Origin: Macrostomum lignano
Lineage: Eukaryota
Direction of reading: 5' to 3'
DNA length: 64,000 bases
Assembly: GCA_002269645.1 (NCBI GenBank)
Contig: NIVC01002983.1
Span: forward strand, 1-64,000
Part shown: piece by piece, positions 50,201 through 63,322 of the stretch
Numbering within the stretch: position 1 is the first letter of the stretch
Layout of the letters: each line of letters opens with the position of its first letter
Notes under the pieces: generated by a model
What the model was told of the DNA's origin: nothing
The model's input: only the letters and a program-made list of their open reading frames with translations
Database searches by the model: none
Position numbers and translations under genes: made by a program

Positions 50201-51056
50201 GTGTATTCTTAGTGTCTAATATTGGGGTGGAGTGTCTGGTGAGTTGTGTCTTCTTAGTGTCTAATATTGGGGTGGAGTGTCCGGTGAGTTGTGTCTTCTT
50301 AGTGTCTAATATTGGGGTGGAGTGTCCGGTGAGTTGTGTCTTCTTAGTGTCTAATATTGGGGTGGAGTGTCTGGTGAGTTGTGTCTTCTTAGTGTCTAAT
50401 ATTGGGGTGGAGTGTCTGGTGAGTTGTGTCTTCTTAGTGTCTAATATTGGGGTGGAGTGTCTGGTGAGTTGTGTCTTCTTAGTGTCTAATATTGGGGTGG
50501 AGTGTCTGGTGAGTTGTGTCTTCTTAGTGTCTAATATTGGGGTGGAGTGTCTGGTGAGTTGTGTATTCTTAGTGTCTAATATTGGGGTGGAGTGTCCGGT
50601 GAGTTGTGTATTCTTAGTGTCTAATATTGGGGTGGAGTGTCTGGTGAGTTGTGTCTTCTTAGTGTCTAATATTGGGGTGGAGTGTCCGGTGAGTTGTGTC
50701 TTCTTAGTGTCTAATATTGGGGTGGAGTGTCTGGTGAGTTGTGTCTTCTTAGTGTCTAATATTGGGGTGGAGTGTCCGGTGAGTTGTGTCTTCTTAGTGT
50801 CTAATATTGGGGTGGAGTGTCCGGTGAGTTGTGTCTTCTTAGTGTCTAATATTGGGGTGGAGTGTCCGGTGAGTTGTGTCTTCTTAGTGTCTAATATTGG
50901 GGTGGAGTGTCTGGTGAGTTGTGTCTTCTTAGTGTCTAATATTGGGGTGGAGTGTCCGGTGAGTTGTGTCTTCTTAGTGTCTAACATTGGGGTTGTGTGT
51001 CCGGTGAGTTGTGTCTTCTTAGTGTCTAACATTGGGGTTGTGTGTCCGGTGAGTTT
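47260..51056 (+). repeat. 45-bp minisatellite spanning the exon-3 splice donor (84 units between first and last donor)
   Basis: Unit GAGTGTC(C/T)G|GTGAGTTGTGTCTTCTTAGTGTCTAATATTGGGGTG. First donor at 47269 and last at 51049 differ by 3780 = 84 x 45. Confidence 0.99.
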
Positions 51057-51794
51057 GTGTCTTTTTAGTGCGTAATATTAGGCGTGTCCATGTTTCGATA
51101 TGCATGCAGTTTTAAGAACAATGGACTTTAATTAACATTGCTTTAATCAGTCAGTCAGTAAAGCAGAAAAAATAGCAGAATGCTTTCTCCATGCTGCTGT
51201 ATTTGAAATTGTAGCGAATAGCGAAACCGTAGAGTTCTTGGTTGCATTGAGTCTATAGAAGAGAGCGGAAAGTGACTGCAATGCTAATTGGTGTTGCATT
51301 ACCAAAAGTCTCAGTTCACCTTACTAAGCCTAGCTAATGCAATGCTAAGTTACCATAGCAGTGGTTGAACAAACGACTTTCTTAAAGTAAGTCAGTTTTA
51401 TGTAAGGCAGTACACAGACCGCTTTTGCGTATTATTAAATGTCTGCAGAAATGCAGTGTAGCGTAACTTATAACAACAGGAGTGTTAGAAAATGGTGAAT
51501 TCGCTTAGTAATATCTGTAATAATATCAATATTAGTTCAACATGAATAGTTTTGTGTAAGTTAGTAAAACAGAATTAGATAAGCAACAAGGATTCTAGCG
51601 GGTTTTTTTAGCGCTGATGCGTTTTGTATAGGGCTGATCGGTAAACTTTTCTGGTAATTTGTTCGAAGTTTTAAATTAGGGTAAGAGAGGGAGAAAGAGG
51701 GAAAGGAGAAACAGGCTGACAGAACAGAATGGAAGACCTTCGGAAATACACATCCAGAATATACTCGTATTTAGACCAAGAGATAAGCACTCTA

Positions 51795-52185
<391 letters not shown>

Positions 52186-52298
52186 ACTGATTTCCACAAC
52201 AAATTTAGAAACTTGTGCACTAATTCTACTACTGCAAGTAAAACTGCAGCAAAGCGCAGGCAATTTTACCAGTTAAACTACAATAAACATTCACCCAG

Positions 52299-52647
52299 GC
52301 CTGCACTCAGGGCAGCGAAGAATTTCGCCGGTCAAGCGCAGACCTGAGCAGACTGTGCCTGTTTCATCAGAAGGAGCTGGATCGCGTCTCCACCGCAGCT
52401 AGCATGCCCTCGCCTGGTCAACAATCGGCGGCACCAGCAACAGCAGCGACCTCTAGCAAACCGGCTGTAACCGCCTCAGTGACCGCTTCTGTAGCTGGAA
52501 TGCAGGATCCCGGCTTCTCAAAAGATTCGCTCAATTTCAACTCTAACAATACTACTCAAAATAGTAATACTAGTAAGGATGGCGCCAAGGAAGCTAGTTG
52601 CAGCAAAAATAACTTTTCTAGAGGCGTTGAACGAAAGAAGATTAAAG
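52299..52647 (+). CDS. CEP170: CEP170 exon 4
   Basis: Acceptor CACCCAG at 52298. Open phase-0 frame ACTQGSEEF...KIK. Donor AAG|GTAAGA at 52648 (phase 1) fits exon 5. Confidence 0.8.
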
Positions 52648-52732
52648 GTAAGAAGATAAGCTCTGTAAGACTGGCTCGAGTTGTTTATGGATTGTTTAAA
52701 TATGGGATTTAAAGATCCCTACTAGAATTTAG

Positions 52733-54147
52733 GATCTAGATATCTGAGATTTGAGATCTAGATTTCTGATATTCAGAATCTAGACATCTGCGATTTGGGA
52801 TCTAGATTTCGGAGATTTGGGATCTAGATTTCGGAGATTTGGGATCTAGATTTCGGAGATTTGGGATCTAGATTTCGGAGATTTGGGATCTAGATTTCTG
52901 AGATTTGGGATCTAGATTTCGGAGATTTGGGATCTAGATTTCGGAGATTTGGGATCTAGAGTTCTGAGATTTGGGATCTAGAGTTCTGAGATTTTGGATC
53001 TAGATTTCTGAGATTTAGGATCTAGATTTCTGATATTCAGAATCTAGATATCTGCGATTTGAGGTCTAGATTTCTGAGATTTAGGATCTAGATTTCTGAT
53101 ATTCAGAATCTAGATATCTGCGATTTGGGATCTAGATTTCTGAGATTTGGGATCTAGATTTCTGAGATTTGGGATCTAGATTTCGGAGATTTGGAATCTA
53201 GATTTCTGATATTCAGAATCTAGACATCTGCGATTTGGGATCTAGATTTCGGAGATTTGGGATCTAGATTTCGGAGATTTGGGATCTAGATTTCGGAGAT
53301 TTGGGATCTAGATTTCTGAGATTTGGGATCTAGATATCTGAGATTTGAGATCTAGATTTCTGATATTCAGAATCTAGACATCTGCGATTTGGGATCTAGA
53401 TTTCGGAGATTTAGGATCTAGATTTCTGAGATTTAGGATCTAGATTTCGGAGATTTAGGATCTAGATTTCGGATATTTAGAATTTAGATTTCTGAGATTT
53501 AGGATCTAGATTTAGGAGATTTAGGATCTAGATTTCTGAGATTTAGGATCTAGATTTCTGAGATTTAGTATCTAGATTTCTGAGATTTAGGATCTAGATT
53601 TCGGAGATTTAGGATCTAGATTTCTGAGATTTAGGATCTAGATTTCTGAGATTTAGGATCTAGATTTCTGAGATTTAGTATCTAGATTTCTGAGATTTAG
53701 GATCTAGATTTCGGAGATTTAGGATCTAGATATCTGAGATTTATGATCTAGATTTCTGAGATTTAGGATCTAGATTTCTGAGATTTAGTATCTAGATTTC
53801 TGAGATTTAGGATCTAGATTTCGGAGATTTAGGATCTAGATTTCGGATATTTAGGATTTAGATTTCTGAGATTTAGGATCTAGATTTAGGAGATTTAGGA
53901 TCTAGATTTCTGAGATTTAGGATCTAGATTTCTGAGATTTAGTATCTAGATTTCTGAGATTTAGGATCTAGATTTCGGAGATTTAGGATCTAGATTTCTG
54001 AGATTTAGGATCTAGATTTCTGAGATTTAGGATCTAGATTTCTGAGATTTAGTATCTAGATTTCTGAGATTTAGGATCTAGATTTCGGAGATTTAGGATC
54101 TAGATATCTGAGATTTAGGATCTAGATATCTGAGATTTGGGATATGG
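52733..54147 (+). repeat. 22-bp minisatellite, ~64 copies, CEP170 intron 4
   Basis: Unit GATCTAGATTTC(T/G)GAGATTT(A/G)G. Confidence 0.97.
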
Positions 54148-54240
54148 ATATTTTATTTTTGGCAGCTACATTTTAATGCCTTCCATTATTGAAAATCTAA
54201 TAAAAAATAGCTATGAAAAACTCAACTTGGCGACTCCCAG

Positions 54241-55235
54241 AACTCTACGGCCAGCCCGACTGGTGGGGCACCGACGACGCCGATGAAGAACGAGAGCAGC
54301 AATCTGCGAAACAGAAAAAGCAGCAGCCGCCGCCGCCCCCGCCGCCCCCGCAACCAGCGTCGCCGCCTCGACGCATGCCGAATCGTCACGCCGAAGCGTT
54401 CACGGTGGCTCTGGACCCGTCGGCCGAAGACCCGACATCATCAACCGAGTGTGTCGCTGGCGACGGCGGCGGCGGAGGCACCGGTTTCGTCGCCGGCAGT
54501 GGCGTGGGCGGCGGCAGCGGCGACGGCCTACAAGTGACGGACAGTCTCAGCCGGTTTGTGCCGTCAAAAATTCGTAAAAGCTTCCAGGAGAGGCAGGAAA
54601 TGAAACGGAAGAAAGTTGAAGAACTGCGCGAGCGGACGCGGCAGCAGCAGCAGCAGCAGGTGCCGCCGTCGGCGTCTGTTGCTAAGCGACCAATCGCCGC
54701 CTCTAGACAGTCGTCGGCCCCCCTGGCGCCTGGCGCCGTTACTAAACCAACTTCCGGTGGCGCCTCGGCGCCATCTAGAAATGCTCGAAGCGTCAGCGGA
54801 ACCGGAAGCGGCGGAAAAGCTTTATTGTTTGATCGCCTGTTAAATAGCAACAGTAGGGTTGGCGGAGGTGGCGGCGCCGGCGCTGCTACGGATCGGCGCC
54901 GAACTAGCGCCAAATCTGGCGCCGCTAGTTCAACCGGTGGCGGCGGCGCCGCAAGTCGGATTAGTATTCGAGATAAGCCATTGCCGCCGCCTCCGCCGCC
55001 GTCTAAAAAGCAGCAAAAACAGAAGCCACAGCAGCAGCAGCAGCAGCAGCACCCACTATCCGAGCAAGACCTCTACTCAGAAGCTGCTCAATACGAAGAT
55101 GAGCAACCAGACGAGGATAATGAGGATGCTGCGAGCGAGACTGGCACCTACACAATATCTGAGAGCGGCAGCGCGCACGAGGACGCTGAGTTCAGGCATC
55201 TGGAGGCTCTGGCTGACAGTCTCGACGCGGGACAG
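54241..55235 (+). CDS. CEP170: CEP170 exon 5
   Basis: Acceptor CTCCCAG at 54240. Contains the CEP170 motifs LYGQPDWWG and SETGTYTI. Donor CAG|GTGCGA at 55236, phase 0. Confidence 0.92.
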
Positions 55236-55265
55236 GTGCGATTTACTTACTTTATTACCATTAGA

Positions 55266-56005
55266 ATTGGTTGCTATGGGTGGAATTTGGAATGATTGGT
55301 TGCTATGGGTGGGATTTAGGATGATTGGTTGCTATGGGTGGGATTTGAGATGATTGGTTGCTATGGGTGGAATTTGGAATGATTGGTTGCTATGGGTGGG
55401 ATTTAGGATGATTGGTTGCTATGGGTGGGATTTAGGATGATTGGTTGCTATGGGTGGGATTTAGGATGATTGGTTGCTATGGGTGGGATTTAGGATGATT
55501 GGTTGCTATGGGTGGGATTTAGGATGATTGGTTGCTATGGGTGGGATTTACGATGATTGGTTGTTATGGGTGGGATTTAGGATGATTGGTTGCTATGGGT
55601 GGGATTTAGGATGATTGGTTGCTATGGGTGGGATTTAGGATGATTGGTTGCTATGGGTGGGATTTAGGATGATTGGTTGCTATGGGTGGGATTTACGATG
55701 ATTGGTTGTTATGGGTGGGATTTAGGATGATTGGTTGCTATGGGTGGGATTTGGGATAATTGGTTGCTATGGGTGGTATTTGGGATGATTGGTTGCTATG
55801 TTTGGGATTTAGGATGATTGGTTGCTATGGGTGGTATTTGGGATGATTGGTTGCTATGTTTGGGATTTAGGATGATTGGTTGCTATGGTTGGTATTTAGG
55901 ATGATTGGTTGCTATGGGTGGGATTTAGGATGATTAGTTGCTATGGGTGGGCTTTGTGATAATTGGTTGCTATGGCAGGGATTCGATTACTGGTTGCTAT
56001 GAGTG
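55266..56005 (+). repeat. 29-bp minisatellite, ~25 copies, CEP170 intron 5
   Basis: Unit GATGATTGGTTGCTATGGGTGGGATTTAG. Confidence 0.96.
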
Positions 56006-57287
56006 GCAGTTAAAATGATTAGACTCATTACTAATAATGGTTCGCCATCGCATGATGAAGTAAATAAGTTAGTTAATTCTCTGCTGCCGCATTAATCTAC
56101 TTTAGTGTTGAATATTTTTTTAATCAATTTTTCCTATCTCAGTCTCAAGGCTTGTCGATAATTTATGACTCAAAAGTCGGCACAATAGTACAAATAATAT
56201 GCATGCGAGTCGCGCTTATTGAGTCGGATTGGCAGATTGGCAGCATGAATATATATATATATGCTAAGTAAGGAAGTCAGGTCAGAGATGAAAGCAAATT
56301 AAAAGCCGTAAAAACTTATTTGCTGCTGCTGAACTCAGCTGCGGAAATCTCCGCCCAATTCCTCCTCTCCCCTATATCCCCTTCAAGCCCTTCTTATCGG
56401 CGCCGTTATCGTTCCTCAGCACCACAGTTCACCCTCGTAAAAATTCAACTGGGACCAGTTGAATCCAATTTGCACGAGTGTGGCCGTGCTTGGGGTCTCT
56501 GAGTAGGCGAGAGGTCAGAGCAGCTCACCGCGCGGTGATCCATGGTGAGTGAGTATGAATCTGTCAAAGAGTACTAGATATTCAACCTGGAGTTATAGAT
56601 TACTTATTTTGGGTTAATCCTTAGAAATATCGAAATCCCGTTGTTCTCTAAAAGCTATTGAAATTGCAGAATATTATCAAACAATAGCAGTAACTTTGTG
56701 CGCTAATTCTATCATTAATCATTGCTAGTGCATTAGCAGCAGACCACTATGGAGATATGTACATGTATGCTTAGCATAGTGGATTGAAACGCATGTCTAT
56801 TTTAGCTAGCAAACTATACTATGAGTTATATATTCCAGTTTGTTTCAAAGTATAATAAATTAAAATTTAAAGCCTGACGCCACTTCTTTGATTCACCACT
56901 TCAGTTCTATTAGATTTCTGCATGCTTACTCAAGTTTCTATGGCTGAGCAGTTAGGTTCGTAATTGGGAGGCCAAGAGCTAGGCCTGGGACCAATGAAAA
57001 ATCTTCACTAGAGTTATACTTTAACTTCTCTCCCTCCCGAATTCATCTCTGCTCCATCTCCAGAAATTTAGACTTAACTGGAATCTCTATGGACTGCGAT
57101 CCTTCTTTGTTGCAACAAAGCAGTGTCTGTGTGTAAACCAATTCTAAAAGACAAATTACTATTAACTGGTTGATTAATTACATATAATAGGAGAATTAAT
57201 CTTAATAATAATGAACTTTATCGCTCGGCCGTTAATGCGAATTAAAAAGGTAAGCGGCAGTGGCCTAATTAAGTATTGGTTATTTTT

Positions 57288-57326
57288 GTATATTAGACTA
57301 GCGCTGCGTGCCCCCCTGTGGGGGCT
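57288..57326 (-). mobile_element. Helitron-type 3' end / 5' end junction
   Basis: Minus strand reads GCCCCCACAGGGGGGC-ACGCAGCG-CTAG|TCTAATATAC. Further hairpin+CTAG|T ends occur at ~57441 and ~58794. Confidence 0.55.
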
Positions 57327-57941
57327 AGAAGCGGTTTTAGTAAATATTATAAATTATACTACAAGTGTAATAAACTGGCATCTGACATCCACATCAAGAC
57401 AAGCTATTCCACCAGCAATAGAACATTTTAGTATAGTCCACTAGTAGTCTTGAGCCCCCCGCCCGTTCGAGAATCAACAAATGAAGGACGAAACGTAATT
57501 TTCGAAACATATCGTCACTTGCCCCCCTCTCTCTTTCGAGCGCATTGCTGCTCGTAACACTATCTAAATGAAAGCCTAGTAAAGTACAACCCCACGGCTA
57601 TTCACCCATTTACCAAAATGTAAAGGCCTGTTGATCATAAATCCTCTCCCTATACTATCCATGCTCTTATTTGAGGAAGGATTATTGTGTTGGATTTGGT
57701 AATGCTCAAACTCGGGCCTATAAATCCCTGCAATGTGATTGCTTTCTTAGCCTCCGGCTTTATCTGCGAGCGAAGCGAAGCTAGCCATTTCGGAATAATT
57801 CCCTTTTTTGCTTACAACAGCAGATAGCAAAAGAGCAAGACGAATGAATTCGCTTTGACCACTGCTGTCTTTTGCGTCACTGAAAACACTAAGGAATTGT
57901 CCCGAGTTCACACTAGATTCAATTCTTGTTACAAATAGAAT

Positions 57942-58672
57942 GAGTCCCAATTCCAAACTTCCATGAGTCCGAATTCCACACTTCCATGAGCCCCAATTCC
58001 ACATTTCCATGAGTCCCATTCCACACTTCCATGAGTTCGAATTACAAACTTCAATGAGTCCCAATTCCACACTTCCATGAGTCCGAATTCCACACTTCCA
58101 TGAGTCCCAATTCCACACTTCCATGAGTCCGAATTCCACACTTCCTTGAGTCCCAATTCCACACTTCCATGAGTCCCAATTCCACACTTCCTTGAGTCCC
58201 AATTCCACACTTCCATGAGTCCGAATTCCACACTTCCATGAGTTCGAATTACAAACTTCAATGAGTCCGAATTCCACACTTCCATGAGTCCGAATTCCAC
58301 ACTTCCATGAGTCCGAATTCCACACTTCCTTGAGTCCGAATTCCACACTTCCTTGAGTCCGAATTCCACACTTCCTTGAGTCCCAATTCCACACTTCCAT
58401 GAGTCCGAATTCCACACTTCCATGAGTCCGAATTCCACACTTCCTTGAGTCCGAATTCCACACTTCCTTGAGTCCCAATTCCACACTTCCTTGAGTCCCA
58501 ATTCCACACTTCCATGAGTCCGAATTCCACACTTCTATGAGTCCGAATTCCACACTTCCTTGAGTCCGAATTCCACACTTCCTTGAGTCCCAATTCCACA
58601 CTTCCTTGAGTCCCAATTCCACACTTCCATGAGTCCGAATTCCAAACTTTCTGTGCCCCAATTCCAAACTTC
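57942..58672 (+). repeat. 23-bp minisatellite, ~30 copies, CEP170 intron 5
   Basis: Unit GAGTCC(C/G)AATTCCACACTTCC(A/T)T. Confidence 0.96.
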
Positions 58673-59372
58673 CACGAGTTAAAAGTCCCAATTCAAAACT
58701 TAGATGAGTCCCACTTCCAAACTGACGAGTCACAATCACAAGTAAAATCAATCCCATTTTCATACTGTAAGCTAAGTTTTTCAGTACAGTGGACTAGCAC
58801 TAAAAATCCCCATTGGGGGCTACTCGACTAGAATTATTTTCCTCATACAGAAGAGACCCAACCTCTGTCTTGCATCCAATGTAGTTAAAAAATTATACAG
58901 TAGACCTGTACTAAACCGAGTCACGACAACACGACAACTTGACTCATACTCATACTATTATATCATTCTGTTGCACATTTTGTTACACAGTCATTAAGAT
59001 CAGAATATGATAGTGATAATAATAATAAAAAAGGCAAGTCATATCAAAAGATGAACACTGGATCTGCCTCCTTATCAAAAGCAATAACAATTTATGTGCT
59101 GAAAAAATGAAAAACCTCCTATCTCCGTAATGTCTTTTTTTGGTAAAATCTGCCTCCTAAAGTTTTCCAACAAACGTAGTTTCTCGTCCTACTAAAATGG
59201 CCCTTATCTTTAAACCCAAGCAGGTTTATTTATACGCAGATAAGAAAGGGAGAGGTGGATTGCGCGACTGGGGAAAGAGCTAAAATTGAAGAGCCAATCA
59301 GAAGCCAGCGAGAGGGGGAGAGAGATGAGAAACTACAGTCAGTCAGAAAACCAGATTGGAGGTTGGACTAGG

Positions 59373-59540
59373 CAAGGGGTCGGCAGGCAAACTTTTTTAC
59401 ATCAAGGGCCAGATAGAGAATATTGACTGCCTGTCGGAATAGAAAAGAGGTAGGAAAGAAGAGGCAGGGGAGAGAGAGGAGAAAGAGAAGACAGCAGAGA
59501 AGAGACACAAACCTTGAACGGGCCGCATAGAAAGGCTTTG
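59373..59540 (+). mobile_element. Truncated relative of the hAT MITE at 1004-1674
   Basis: CAAGGGGTCGGC..AAACTTTTTTAC..AAGGGCCAGATA, then an AG-rich core and GGGCCGCAT...AGGCTTTG, all matching the 1.0-1.7 kb element. Single left end, not amplified. Confidence 0.6.
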
Positions 59541-59742
59541 TTGAACAATCTGCCATGATTTCACACTTGTGGCCATTAATTCTCACTGATTTCACGCAAA
59601 GATTAGGAGCGGTGGATAGTCACGTGATGAGATTGTACATGTAGTAAATGTACATTTATATGCTTCCACAGAGCAACTGTGGAAGCATATGTATAAACAA
59701 TAGTCTATCAATATCAAAGCACATGAATTTTATTATTCACAG

Positions 59743-60579
59743 GAACTGGAATTGAGGGCCGGGCCCAAATGGGTAACCGATATGGTCAGCGTGAACGGCG
59801 CTGCCGGAGTCGATGCGGCCGCTTCAACTGCGGCAACAACAACAGCAGCAGCGCCAAAGCCAGCGTCCCCGGTTGTTGCATTGAGGCGAGACAGCGAGGC
59901 ATCTGACGACACGTGTCATCAGTCTCAGGTGTCGGACGTGCTGTCGTCTGGGCCTATTGATGAAGAGCGCAATAATAAACAGCAACTGTTAGACGAGCAG
60001 CAACGTTCAGCATCCTTGGATACGGCCTGCCTACTGCAGGACACGGCCACTGTTCTTCATCACATGGAGGCCCGCCTAGCAACCAGAGCCGGGGGACCAG
60101 AGCCAGAAAACGACATCAGCAATGCCGCACTGTCGGATCAGGCAGCTTTGCCAACATCGCACAGTCTCCGTTCTCGTCTGTCCGCTTTGCGGGTGGCAAA
60201 GTCTCAGCAGCAGCAGCAGAAATCCACTGCTAGCAGTCGCCAGGCTTTCGAATACGGCCGGCACTCGTTGAAGATGCCAGCCTCCAGTACGCATCCGCCT
60301 CCGGTGTCGAGGAATGCGGTCACCGCTGCCGCCGCCACGGCGACCTCCGCCACGATTTCAACGCCGCACAGAATTCTGTCGGCGGGCTCGCCGTCCGCCT
60401 GGCGCGGCGGTCGTCGGCCGGAAAGTCTGCACGAAGCTCTGGCGACGTCGGCGGCGGCCGCGGGACGTCCGAGTTTGCGCGGCTCTGCGGAGGACGTTCG
60501 AGCCAGTCGGGATGCTCGCCACCGGGGCGGCGGCGGCACGGATCTCAGTCGGGATTTGGAGCGGCTGGCTAGGAGAGAG
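59743..60579 (+). CDS. CEP170: CEP170 exon 6
   Basis: Acceptor TTCACAG at 59742, phase 0. Ends DLSRDLERLARRE (compare CEP170 QDLAKDLAILARE). Donor GAG|GTTGGC at 60580. Confidence 0.82.
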
Positions 60580-60734
60580 GTTGGCGCTCTTGTTATACCC
60601 CGAGGCTGCTAATTAGTAGTATGTAGTGTATGTTGATGTATTGATACTACAGATTATTACATATGGCTTTTGTTATCATTTTTACACCTGCCCTAATGGG
60701 CAGATGTGCAACCGACAGCTCAATGACAGCTCAA

Positions 60735-62501
60735 TCAATCATGATTCAATCACACACCGCCATCAACCACTCATCAATCACACACTTAGCCATCAATCAC
60801 TCATCAATCACACACTTAGCCAACAATCACTCATCAATCACACACTTAGCCATCAATCATGATTCAATCACACACTGAGCCATCAATCACTCATCAATCA
60901 CACACTTAGCCATCAATCATGATTCAATCACACACTGAGCCATCAATCACTCATCAATCACACACTGAGCCATCAATCACACACTTAGCCATCAATCATG
61001 ATTCAATCACACACTGAGCCATCAATCACTCATCAATCACACACTTAGCCATCAACCACTCATCAATCACACACTTAGCCATCAATCACTCATCAATCAC
61101 ACACTTAGCCATCAATCATGATTCAATCACACACTGAGCCATCAATCACTCATCAATCACACACTGAGCCATCAATCACTCATCAATCACACACTTAGCC
61201 ATCAATCATGATTCAATCACACACTGAGCCATCAATCACTCATCAATCACACACTTAGCCATCAATCACTCATCAATCACACACTGAGCCATCAATCACT
61301 CATCAATCACACACTTAGCCATCAATCATGATTCAATCACACACTTAGCCATCAATCACTCATCAATCACAAACTGAGCCATCAATCACTCATCAATCAC
61401 ACACTTAGCCATCAATCATGATTCAATCACACACTGAGCCATCAATCACTCATCAATCACACACTTAGCCATCAATCATAATTCAATCACACACTGAGCC
61501 ATCAATCACACACTGAGCCATCAATCACACACTGAGCCATCAATCACACACTGAGCCATCAATCACTCATCAATCACACACTTAGCCATCAATCACACAC
61601 TGAGCCATCAATCACACACTTAGCCATCAACCACTCATCAATCACACACTTAGCCATCAATCACTCATCAATCACACACTTAGCCATCAATCATGATTCA
61701 ATCACACACTGAGCCATCAATCACTCATCAATCACACACTGAGCCATCAATCACTCATCAATCACACACTTAGCCATCAATCACACACTGAGCCATCAAT
61801 CACTCATCAATCACACACTTAGCCATCAATCATGATTCAATCACACACTGAGCCATCAATCACTCATCAATCACACACTTAGCCATCAATCACTCATCAA
61901 TCACACACTGAGCCATCAATCACTCATCAATCACACACTTAGCCATCAATCATGATTCAATCACACACTTAGCCATCAATCACACACTTAGCCATCAATC
62001 ACACACTGAGCCATCAATCACTCATCAATCACACACTTAGCCATCAATCACACACTGAGCCATCAATCACACACTTAGCCATCAACCACTCATCAATCAC
62101 ACACTTAGCCATCAATCACTCATCAATCACACACTTAGCCATCAATCATGATTCAATCACACACTGAGCCATCAATCACTCATCAATCACACACTTAGCC
62201 ATCAATCACACACTGAGTCATCAATCACTCATCAATCACACACTTAGCCAACAATCACTCATCAATCACACACTTAGCCATCAATCACACACTGAGTCAC
62301 CAATCACTCATCAATCACACACTGAGTCATCAATCACTCATCAATCACACACTTAGCCAACAATCACTCATCAATCACACACTTGGCCATCAATCACACA
62401 CTGAGTCATCAATCACTCATCAATCACACACTTAGCCAACAATCACTCATCAATCACACACTTAGCCATCAATCACACACTGAGCCATCAATCACACACT
62501 T
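60735..62501 (+). repeat. 30/19-bp minisatellite, forward arm
   Basis: Unit AGCCATCAATCACTCATCAATCACACACT(T/G) plus a 19-bp deletion variant. Confidence 0.97.
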
Positions 62502-62564
62502 AGATGTAATAATCTGTAGTATCATCAATCATAATTCAATCACACACTGTTGAAGTTAATCAAT

Positions 62565-63298
62565 CAGTATGTGATTGAATCATGATTGATGGCTAAGTGT
62601 GTGATTGATGAGTGATTGATGGCTCAGTGTGTGATTGATGGCTAAGTGTGTGATTGATGAGTGATTGATGGCTCAGTGTGTGATTGATGGCTAAGTGTGT
62701 GATTGATGAGTGGTTGATGGCTAAGTGTGTGATTGATGGCTCAGTGTGTGATTGATGGCTAAGTGTGTGATTGATGAGTGATTGATGGCTCAGTGTGTGA
62801 TTGATGGCTAAGTGTGTGATTGATGAGTGATTGATGGCTCAGTGTGTGATTGATGGCTAAGTGTGTGATTGATGAGTGATTGATGGCTAAGTGTGTGATT
62901 GATGAGTGATTGATGGCTCAGTGTGTGATTGAATCATGATTGATGGCTAAGTGTGTGATTGATGAGTGATTGATGGCTCAGTGTGTGATTGATGGCTAAG
63001 TGTGTGATTGATGAGTGATTGATGGCTCAGTGTGTGATTGATGAGTGATTGATGGCTCAGTGTGTGATTGATGAGTGATTGATGGCTCAGTGTGTGATTG
63101 AATCATGATTGATGGCTAAGTGTGTGATTGATGAGTGATTGATGGCTAAGTGTGTGATTGATGAGTGGTTGATGGCTAAGTGTGTGATTGATGGCTCAGT
63201 GTGTGATTGATGGCTAAGTGTGTGATTGATGAGTGATTGATGGCTCAGTGTGTGATTGATGGCTAAGTGTGTGATTGATGACTAATTGATGGCTCAGT
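62565..63298 (-). repeat. Same minisatellite in inverted orientation
   Basis: GATTGATGGCT(A/C)AGTGTGTGATTGATGAGT is the reverse complement of the 60735-62501 unit. Confidence 0.97.
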
Positions 63299-63322
63299 GA
63301 TTGGTTACTTTTCCTGTCTCAG

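Noticed and set aside
47028-51075. 1334/1344-aa ORFs on both strands as standalone genes
   Set aside because: They are translations of the 45-bp array. The 5' part of the + ORF is CEP170 exon 3, and the minus ORF has no independent coding signal.
57727-57790. Helentron/HINE-like terminus (TTTCTTAGCCTCC...GCGAGCGAAGCGAAGC)
   Set aside because: A suggestive motif only. No partner end or second copy in the window.
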